From Podarcis filfolensis (lineage: Eukaryota): a stretch of 64,000 nt of DNA. Shown here one piece after another: positions 62,324-64,000 of the stretch. The DNA lies in assembly GCA_964270895.1 (NCBI GenBank), contig OZ185448.1. The stretch is one strand, 5' to 3'. Within the stretch, counting starts at the first letter, position 1. Every line of letters starts with the position of its first letter. The position numbers and the translations under genes are program-made. Under the pieces are notes generated by a model, which was not told the DNA's origin, did not search any database, and saw nothing but the letters and a program-made list of their open reading frames with translations.

Positions 62324-62670
62324 TAAAGTAAAGGGACCCCTGACCATTAGGTCCAGTCGTGGCTGACTGGGGTTGTGGCACTCATCTCGCTTTATTGGCC
62401 AAGGGAGCCGGCGTACAGCTTCCAGGTCATGTGGCCAGCATGACTAAGCCGCTTCTGGCAAACCAGAGCAGTGCACAGAAACGCCGTTTACCTTCCCGCC
62501 AGAGAGGTACCTATTTATCTACTTGCACTTTGACGTGCTTTTGAACTGCTAGGTTGGCAGGAGCAGGGACCGAGTAACGGGAGCTCACCCCGTCACGGGG
62601 ATTCGAACCGCCGACCTTCTGATCGGCAAGTCCTAGGCTCTGTGATTTAACCCACAGCGCCACCCACGTC
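62324..62670 (-). mobile_element. Sauria SINE
   Basis: Reverse complement of the same family. Confidence 0.9.
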
Positions 62671-64000
62671 TTTGCCATATTTCAAAAAGTAAAATTCCTG
62701 GCACCCACAAAATTGTTATGTTTTATTTTAGGAAACCACCCAAATTGTTGAGCTTTTTTGGGCAACCTCTCACAAAAATAGTGATTTTAAGCTTTTGGAG
62801 CAAACTTCCCCACTGACGCCATTTTTACACCAGAAAGGCAGGACATGTCAGGAATTTTCCCGACGTATGGCAAGCCTAGGAGCTTGGCTCTGAAATTTAG
62901 ATGGCTGAAAAGAAGCCCATCAGTGTGGGAGGCTCACAGCTGGAGCTCCAGATTTCTCTCCAGTCTGCAACAGCCACATTTCATCCCCTCCCTCCCTCCC
63001 TCCCTCCCTCCCCCCCCTTCTCCCCACCCAGGATGTTCTATGCCACGTGGCCCCAGAAGGAAGAAACTTCTTCCTCATTTAGGTAATCAATATAATCAAT
63101 GTTAAGAAAGAGGAGCCAAGTGGCTGGCGATGAAAAATGAGTTTCAGTTGGGCATTCTTAAAAAACAATAATAATGAAACAATTTCCAAGTGGTTTAAAA
63201 CATTGAATTTTCATTATATACATGTTGGCTGCCTCTTTCTTAGCCGGGATTGCTGGCCCCTTCAGTGGTGCCAGACACTTTGGGTTCTGTGGCTTGGGCG
63301 GGGTTGAGGGGAGGATTTGCAATCTGCAGCTGAAGGAGAATTAAGGACCCGCCTCCAGGAAATGAACAAACCTTTTGGTTCTGACAAGGAAAGAGATCCA
63401 AGAACTAAAAGCTACTTTCTCCCTCTCCCTCTTCCCCCCTCCCAATGACTCACTTCCAGGCCCTTCTTGGTTTCACAACCTGGTAGAGGTACAATGAAGC
63501 AAGAGATCCCACCAAACTCTTCATTCTTCTACTTCCTTTGCAACTTGATAGGAAGGATGGACTAGATAATTTAACTGTTATGAAATGTCCCTCTTTTTTT
63601 GGAGGAGCGGGTACAGATAGTAGGGGTGTCAGAGAATTCTGATGAAAGCAGGAGTGAGAATTGCCAGCATCCACTGATTTGTCCCATGTCCAGAACAGTA
63701 ATCAATCCAGAGAAGATGATTGGTATTCATTTTTATTGGTGCTTTCAGTCCGCAAACTGAATTCGTTTGTTTCCCCCACTTCTCCAATTTGCATTGCATT
63801 TTCTTTGCGTTGAAATGAAAGGGGCAGAATAACATATGACAACATAATTTACAGAATCAATTACAGAATCAAGTCACATAATTTCACTATGGCAGACAGC
63901 AAAACAAATAACTTCCTTTTTTGGCAGAGGATGAACTGCAGCATAACAGAAATAGTGCTGCATGGGATGAATCCATGGTGCAATGGAAAAGGATGCCTCC

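Overview
This is vertebrate DNA, most likely from a lacertid lizard (inferred from Sauria/POM-type SINEs). It carries the conserved IL4R(-) / NSMCE1(+) / KDM8(-) block. All exons were rebuilt by hand with phase-compatible GT-AG junctions: IL4R has 7 coding exons (653 aa), NSMCE1 7 (268 aa) and KDM8 7 (424 aa). The main surprise is a second, tandem IL4R copy between IL4R and NSMCE1 (20.2-24.6 kb). It has a signal peptide, both FnIII domains, all six D1 cysteines and WSDWS, but has lost the donor to the transmembrane exon and stops five codons later, so it predicts an intact 240-aa secreted IL-4R-like protein. Its exons differ from the full-length copy far more than the flanking introns do, and its net charge is reversed. 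The full-length receptor has a remodelled tail: one exon, no NPxY and no ITIM. The gene-free 38-64 kb part holds many transposon relics, including a hAT element with perfect TSDs that carries an EFHD2 exon-1 fragment, and a Ty1/copia remnant. There is a 200-N gap at 13418-13617. Identity values are hand counts, not computed alignments.
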